Assembly: GCA_965140585.1 (NCBI GenBank)
Contig: OZ223269.1
Location: 352,001-416,000 of the forward strand
From: Spirochaetia bacterium
Lineage (GTDB): Bacteria > Spirochaetota > Spirochaetia > UBA9216
Direction of reading: 5' to 3'
Length of the DNA: 64,000 nucleotides
Shown here piece after piece: positions 58,602-64,000 of the stretch. The notes under the pieces were generated by a model. It made no database searches. It was not told the origin of the DNA and worked only from the letters and a program-made list of their open reading frames with translations. Made by a program: the position numbers and the translations under genes. Numbering within the stretch: the stretch's first letter is position 1; every line of letters starts with the position of its first letter.

Positions 58602-59753
58602 ATGAAAAAAATAACAGCTGTTCTGTTAATAGCAGGATTATGCACAGCCTCACTGTTTGCAGGAGGTCAGAAAGAGGAAGGAACAATAAAGATTGGTGCT
58701 ATTTTTGCAGTCACGGGAGGTGCTTCATTTTTAGGCGCACCGGAAGCTAAGACTGCAGAGATGATCACGGAGGAAGTTAACGCCGCCGGAGGCATTAACG
58801 GAAAGATGATAGAGCTTATAATCAAAGATTCAGCTGGAAATCCTGAAAAGGCTATTTCCTTTGCAAAGCAGCTGATTGAAGAAGACAGGGTTATCGCAAT
58901 AATTGGTCCTTCAACAAGCGGCGAAACTATGCAGATAAAGGATCTCTGCCAGTCATACCAGACTCCGCTCCTTTCCTGTTCCGCTGCAGAGGCAATTGTT
59001 GAACCGGTTGCAAGCTATGTGTTTAAAACACCTCAGAAGGATAATTATGTCGCCGAATGGATATTCTCTACCATGAACGATATGGGAATAAGCAGAATCG
59101 GTATTGTAGGTGCAAACACCGGGTTCGGCAACGCTGGACTGGCACAGCTTGAAAAATATGCTCCGGAATACGGGATTGATATTACTGCTTCAGAAACATA
59201 CGACAGTGCTGCTACAGACCTCACTGCGGTTCTTACAAAGCTGAAGTCTCAGAACATAGAGGCTGTAGTTAACTGGTCAATAGTACCGGCACAGTCAATT
59301 GTTCCGAAGAACATGAAGCAGCTTGGTATGGATATGCCCCTGTTTCAAAGCCACGGATTCGGAAATATCAAATATGTTGAGGCTGCCGGTGCAGCTGCAG
59401 AAGGCATTATATTTCCAGCTGGAAGACTTCTTGTCGCTGAAAAACTTCCCGAGGGGCATCCGCAGAAGGCAAATCTTGTTGCCTACAAGTCTGCATATGA
59501 AAGTAAATACAGTGAAGATGTAAGCACATTCGGCGGACATGCATATGATTCCATAATGCTGATCATTGAAGCGCTTAAAGCCTCAGGAGCAACTGATCGC
59601 GACGGCCTGCGGGATGCAATTGAAAAGATCGACGGTTTTGCAGGAACAGGCGGAATCTTTAAAATGACCGCTGCCGATCACAACGGCCTGGACATAGATT
59701 CGCTTGAAATGCTCACTGTCAGAAACGGTCAGTTTGATCTCTTAAATCCATAA
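58602..59753 (+). CDS. LIV-type ABC transporter substrate-binding protein
   Basis: LFAGGQKE signal; GGINGK.IEL..KD, IIGPS.SG, AYD. Confidence 0.92.
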   Translation: MKKITAVLLIAGLCTASLFAGGQKEEGTIKIGAIFAVTGGASFLGAPEAKTAEMITEEVNAAGGINGKMIELIIKDSAGNPEKAISFAKQLIEEDRVIAIIGPSTSGETMQIKDLCQSYQTPLLSCSAAEAIVEPVASYVFKTPQKDNYVAEWIFSTMNDMGISRIGIVGANTGFGNAGLAQLEKYAPEYGIDITASETYDSAATDLTAVLTKLKSQNIEAVVNWSIVPAQSIVPKNMKQLGMDMPLFQSHGFGNIKYVEAAGAAAEGIIFPAGRLLVAEKLPEGHPQKANLVAYKSAYESKYSEDVSTFGGHAYDSIMLIIEALKASGATDRDGLRDAIEKIDGFAGTGGIFKMTAADHNGLDIDSLEMLTVRNGQFDLLNP

Positions 59754-59762
59754 AACAAAAGA

Positions 59763-59790
59763 GGGGAGTCAAAGGCTCCCCTGATTTTTC
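59763..59790 (+). terminator. Intercistronic hairpin (partial terminator or mRNA stabiliser) after the SBP gene
   Basis: GGGGAGTC-aaa-GGCTCCCC then TGATTTTT. Confidence 0.6.
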
Positions 59791-59803
59791 CATTGGGTAA
59801 GCA

Positions 59804-60694
59804 ATGTCATTACAGCAGATACTTCAATACATTTTTTCAGGTATAACCGTAGGCAGCATTTATGCACTGGTTGCCATAGGTTATAACATCATTTATAACG
59901 CCACCGGAATCATAAACTTTGCCCAGGGTGAGTTTGTTATGCTCGGGGGGATGATTGCTTTCAGCCTATCGGCAGTAATGCCTCTGCCTGCAGCAATTGT
60001 TCTGGCAATTCTGATTACCTCGCTTATAGGCGGGCTTATCGAGAATGTCTTTATCAGAAGGATGAAGGAATCCTCGGTACTGGGAATGATCGTTATTACG
60101 ATCGGGATATCAATCCTGATAAGGGAAGCAGCGCTTTATATATGGGATGAAAAAATAAGGGCTTTGAGATTTTTTACAGGTAATGAAATTTCATCTGTCA
60201 GTATTCTCGGCGCAAGAATTTCTCCTCAGGTTCTTTGGGTTTTAGGGGTAACAGCGGTTGTTGTTACCGGGCTGTATCTTTTTTTGAAATACACCCTTAC
60301 CGGTCAGGCCTTACGAGCCTGCTCCGAGAATGCCCGGGCGGCCAATTTATGCGGTATCAGAACATCTAGAATGATAAATCTGTCATTTATGGTTTCTGCC
60401 GGAATAGGTGCTCTCGGCGGATGCGTTGTATCCCCGCTTACCCAGACTCATTACGCAATGGGCAGTGATCTTGCTGTGAAGGGATTTACCGTCGCGATAC
60501 TCGGTGGGCTCGGCAATCCGATTGCTGCAGTAGCCGCCGGACTGCTTCTCGGCATAATAGAAAGTTTCAGCATAAGTCTGATGCCCATGGCATACAAGGA
60601 TGTTGTTTCAATAATTATTCTGCTTATTATTCTGGTAGTACGTCCCGGCGGGCTCTTCGGCTCAAGTGCTGCCGGTGCACTCAAGGACTATTAA
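59804..60694 (+). CDS. livH: LIV-type ABC permease (LivH-like)
   Basis: GSIYALVAIG...INFAQGEF, G.ALRA..EN..AA.L.GI, AILGG.G. Confidence 0.9.
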   Translation: MSLQQILQYIFSGITVGSIYALVAIGYNIIYNATGIINFAQGEFVMLGGMIAFSLSAVMPLPAAIVLAILITSLIGGLIENVFIRRMKESSVLGMIVITIGISILIREAALYIWDEKIRALRFFTGNEISSVSILGARISPQVLWVLGVTAVVVTGLYLFLKYTLTGQALRACSENARAANLCGIRTSRMINLSFMVSAGIGALGGCVVSPLTQTHYAMGSDLAVKGFTVAILGGLGNPIAAVAAGLLLGIIESFSISLMPMAYKDVVSIIILLIILVVRPGGLFGSSAAGALKDY

Positions 60695-61723
60695 ATGAAA
60701 AGATATCTGCCGGTTTTCATACTGGCCGGAGCCGCCGTATTAATACAGATTCTTACGGCAATAACCGGGACGGCTTACCTTTTAACTCAGCTTACAATGT
60801 CCGCCTACTATGTTCTTACAGCCCTCGGTCTCTGCATGGTTATGGGATATGCAGGCCAAATCTCATTGGGACAGGCCGGATTCTTTGCTATAGGCGGCTA
60901 CCTTACTGCTTTTTTAACCACAATAGATTTTTCTGCGGTTTCTGAGGCCGCAGCAGGTAAAACCTTCCTCAAATTAGGAATCCTTGTTTCAAGGGAATCA
61001 TTGTATGGAGATAAGATAATTCATATCACCCCATGGGTTTCTTTGATTGCCGCAGTACTGCTCTCTGTCGCCGCTGCATTCGCTATAGGTATTCCGGTTC
61101 TAAAGCTGAAAGGTCACTATCTGGCCATGGCAACTATGGGGTTCGGAATAATAATATACCGCATAGTCCTTGGAACTAAAGCCTTCGGAGAGGCGGATGG
61201 AATTACCAATGTACCGCCGTTTAAAATAATACCGGGACTTTCAGTCAGCGGAGATTTTCAGACCCGCATATCAAATTACTATATAGCCTGGGTCATTGTG
61301 CTCATTGCGGTTCTGCTTCTGGTCAACCTGATAAACTCACGAACAGGCCGTGCACTGCGTTCGCTTTATGGCGGCGAAGAAGCAGCTGAAGCCATGGGTG
61401 TTGATACTGCCAAATATAAGGTTAGAGTCTTTGTTATAGGTGCCGTATTTGCCGCCGCCGCGGGTTTTTTCCTGACGCATTACAACGGCGGTATAGGACC
61501 TTCGGAAGCGTCTGTTGCAAAGTCAGTCCGCTACGTTGCTATAGTTGCAGTAGGCGGAATGGCGAATATATGGGGAACACTGGTGATGGGCCTGGTTCTG
61601 AACTTCCTGTCACTGCGGGGTGTTTTCGGACATTTTGATGATGCCGTTTTCGGAGTAGTGCTAGTACTTATGATGATGTTCATGCCTAAGGGAATAATAC
61701 GCAGGAGGAAAAAGAATGGCTGA
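60695..61723 (+). CDS. livM: LIV-type ABC permease (LivM-like)
   Basis: GYAGQISLGQAGFFAIG.Y, LKLKGHYLAMAT, S..GRAL, VGG. Confidence 0.9.
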   Translation: MKRYLPVFILAGAAVLIQILTAITGTAYLLTQLTMSAYYVLTALGLCMVMGYAGQISLGQAGFFAIGGYLTAFLTTIDFSAVSEAAAGKTFLKLGILVSRESLYGDKIIHITPWVSLIAAVLLSVAAAFAIGIPVLKLKGHYLAMATMGFGIIIYRIVLGTKAFGEADGITNVPPFKIIPGLSVSGDFQTRISNYYIAWVIVLIAVLLLVNLINSRTGRALRSLYGGEEAAEAMGVDTAKYKVRVFVIGAVFAAAAGFFLTHYNGGIGPSEASVAKSVRYVAIVAVGGMANIWGTLVMGLVLNFLSLRGVFGHFDDAVFGVVLVLMMMFMPKGIIRRRKKNG

Positions 61724-62492
61724 AAACACTCATTTCCTCTCTGTAAACGGAATTGATAAAAGTTTCGGCGGTCTTCATGCAGTTGATACGGTGAGCTTTA
61801 ATGTAGAGCAGTCCACAATCAAGGCTGTTATCGGTCCCAACGGGGCAGGCAAAACAACGCTGTTCAACATTCTTGCAGGATATATTCCGCCTGACAGCGG
61901 TGAAGTCTCGTTCCGGGGAAACAATGTAACAGGCAAAAAGCCTCATGATATTGCGTCTGAAGGAATACTCCGGACATTTCAGAATCTCAAACTCAGCAGC
62001 AATCTAAGTGTTCTGGACAATGTACTGCTTGGATATCATACCATAACAAAGGCTGGATTTCTGTCAGGAATGCTTTCTACAAAAGCTTCACGGAAAGAGG
62101 AGAAGGACGCTGTCGATGCGGTAATGCCACTGCTTCAATGGCTGGGAATTGATAAGCTTAAAGATGAGGAAACCGGAAGCCTGTCATTCGGAAACCAGAG
62201 GGCTGTAGAGCTTGCCAGGGCACTTGCTCCTGATCCGGCAGTGCTTCTGCTTGATGAACCTGCCGCCGGATTGAATATGCATGAAACAGAAGAGCTTGCC
62301 GGTCAGCTTCAGGACTTAAGAGCGCAGGGCAGGACAATTCTTATCGTAGAGCATGACATGAGCCTTGTAATGGATATCTCTGATGAAATAGTCGTTCTGA
62401 ACTTCGGTCGAAAAATAGCTGAGGGAAACCCTTCTGAAATCCAGCGGAACGAGGATGTGATCAGAATATATCTTGGCGGTGACTATGCTTAA
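61716..62492 (+). CDS. livG: LIV-type ABC ATPase (LivG-like)
   Basis: FGGL.AV, GPNGAGKTT, RTFQ, LLDEPAAG, VEHDM. Confidence 0.92.
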   Translation: MAENTHFLSVNGIDKSFGGLHAVDTVSFNVEQSTIKAVIGPNGAGKTTLFNILAGYIPPDSGEVSFRGNNVTGKKPHDIASEGILRTFQNLKLSSNLSVLDNVLLGYHTITKAGFLSGMLSTKASRKEEKDAVDAVMPLLQWLGIDKLKDEETGSLSFGNQRAVELARALAPDPAVLLLDEPAAGLNMHETEELAGQLQDLRAQGRTILIVEHDMSLVMDISDEIVVLNFGRKIAEGNPSEIQRNEDVIRIYLGGDYA

Positions 62493-63228
62493 AATAAAAA
62501 ATCTGGAAGCAGGCTACGGTAAGCTGAAGGTCCTCAAAGGCATCAGTCTTCACGTTAACGGCGGCGAGATAGTTACTATCATCGGTGCAAACGGGGCAGG
62601 TAAATCGACTCTTCTGAATACTGTTTCTGCACTGATCCAACCCTTTTCAGGTGAGATAAAACTTGCAGGCGCCGATGTCACAAAAGCTGAACCTCACACA
62701 GTAGTTAAAGCCGGCTGCGCATTAGTCCCTGAAGGCCGTCAGCTGTATCCGGCAATGACTGTATATGAAAACCTTATTCTCGGTGCATACACTCTTATCA
62801 GAAGCGGCAGGAGGGAAATGGTTATGAATACTCTAAAAGAAATTTACGAACTTTTTCCTGTTCTTGAGAAACGCTCAGGTCAACTAGCAGGGACCCTGTC
62901 GGGCGGTGAGCAGCAGATGGTTGCCATTGGCCGTGCATTGATGTCCGAACCTCAGCTTCTGCTTATGGATGAACCTTCCATGGGGCTTGCTCCGCTTATT
63001 GTAAGGGATATTTTCAAAGTAGTAGAAAATCTAAGGGAGCAGGGTAAAACCATATTAATAGTAGAGCAGAATGCCAGAGCAGTGCTCGAGATAGCTGATC
63101 GCGGATATGTAATGGAAACCGGTATGCTTATGCTTGAAGGTACAGCTTCGGAACTGCTGAATAACAATGATGTGAAGCGGGCGTATCTTGGAAAGGATTA
63201 CCGTTCATTTACTGATGAGGAGGAATGA
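62485..63228 (+). CDS. livF: LIV-type ABC ATPase (LivF-like)
   Basis: GANGAGKST, VPEGR, LSGGEQQM, DEPSMGLAP, VEQN; ATG at 62485. Confidence 0.92.
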   Translation: MLKIKNLEAGYGKLKVLKGISLHVNGGEIVTIIGANGAGKSTLLNTVSALIQPFSGEIKLAGADVTKAEPHTVVKAGCALVPEGRQLYPAMTVYENLILGAYTLIRSGRREMVMNTLKEIYELFPVLEKRSGQLAGTLSGGEQQMVAIGRALMSEPQLLLMDEPSMGLAPLIVRDIFKVVENLREQGKTILIVEQNARAVLEIADRGYVMETGMLMLEGTASELLNNNDVKRAYLGKDYRSFTDEEE

Positions 63229-63229
63229 A

Positions 63230-64000
63230 ATGATTTACTCACGAGAATATGAATCCATGCACAGGGAGGACCTTCTTGAACTTCAGCTTGAACGTCTTCA
63301 GATTGCACTGAACCATGTTTACCGGAATGTCTCTTTTTATAAAAATCAGTTTGATTCTTCCGGCATCGATCCAACATCTATTCGATCTATCGATGATTTT
63401 CAAAAGCTTCCGTTTACCACACGGGCTGATCTTACAAAAAGTTATCCCTATGAAGCCTTTGCTGTTCCGCTGCGCGATATTGTACGGATACATTCAACTT
63501 CAGGAACAAAGGGTGTACCGGTTGTTGTAGGATATACAAGAAACGATATTGCAATATGGTCTTCGCTTGTCGCCCGTGTACTGACTGCTGCAGGTGTGGG
63601 CGGAAACGACCTTGTACAGATAGCCTTCGATTATTCACAGTCAACCGGAGGCCTGGGCTTTCATTACGGAGCAGAGAAACTCGGAGCCTCGGTAATACCT
63701 GCGTCTGGTGAAGAAATCCTGCGGCAGATAAAAATAATGAAGGACTACCGCTCATCGATCCTTGTTTCAACACCGGGGTATGCTCTGCATCTATTATCAG
63801 AGCTCGAAAGAAGGGGAATAAACTCCCAGGAACTCAACCTTTCGACAGCAATACTCGGCTCTGAGCCATGGAGTGAAAAACTTCGCAGTGAGATTGAGGC
63901 CCGGCTTAAAATTAAAACTTTTGATAACTACGGGCTCAGTGAAATTATCGGTCCCGGTGTTGCCTTTGAATGTGAAGAGCATTGCGGAATGCACGTGAAT
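63230..64000 (+). CDS. paaK: Phenylacetate-CoA ligase family protein (runs off the window)
   Basis: Manual translation: MIYSREYESMHREDLLELQLERLQ...LPFTTRADL..YPY..FAVP..IVRIHSTSGT...GGLGFHYGAE...DNYGLSEIIGPGVAFEC. Confidence 0.9.
   Translation, partial: MIYSREYESMHREDLLELQLERLQIALNHVYRNVSFYKNQFDSSGIDPTSIRSIDDFQKLPFTTRADLTKSYPYEAFAVPLRDIVRIHSTSGTKGVPVVVGYTRNDIAIWSSLVARVLTAAGVGGNDLVQIAFDYSQSTGGLGFHYGAEKLGASVIPASGEEILRQIKIMKDYRSSILVSTPGYALHLLSELERRGINSQELNLSTAILGSEPWSEKLRSEIEARLKIKTFDNYGLSEIIGPGVAFECEEHCGMHVN

Noticed and set aside
81-63994. Many short ORF-track entries antisense to or nested within long genes (e.g. 81-305, 209-418, 3208-3564, 12935-13393, 26519-26965, 63432-63773)
   Set aside because: Shadow ORFs over well-supported genes, with no motifs or RBS support

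Overview
Chromosomal window from a free-living Spirochaetales bacterium. This is inferred from the spirochaete-type folP-cdaA-cdaR-acpS-DUF2225-truA-udg-priA and def-fmt-PASTA gene order and the spirochaete-style lipoproteins. About 1-26 kb and 44.5-64 kb are mostly ordinary housekeeping and transport genes (his/fol, leuCD, rlmI, LIV-type ABC transporter plus paaK). About 26-44.5 kb is an accessory island, visibly AT-rich from ~27.7 to ~43.7 kb. It holds three stand-alone hemerythrins, each head-to-head with a different signalling output (CZB chemoreceptor, PAS/HD-GYP phosphodiesterase, HisKA_2 kinase), plus a second CZB chemoreceptor, more HisKA_2 kinases and receivers, and Fur/PerR-type boxes. 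Phage relics are interleaved: a tRNA-Gly(CCC) 3' half with arm-like repeats, an HNH/sigma-like gene pair, and two pairs of long direct repeats bracketing the cargo. This O2/metal/oxidant-sensing island is the best candidate for an undescribed system. Other highlights are a predicted two-locus HcpR-like Crp/Fnr regulon with identically spaced class II sites 36 kb apart, and a radical SAM-SPASM/lipoprotein pair whose lipoprotein carries splicease-like YG motifs. No integrase, intact tRNA, rRNA, IS element or CRISPR array was seen. All family calls are from motif recognition by eye, not database searches.
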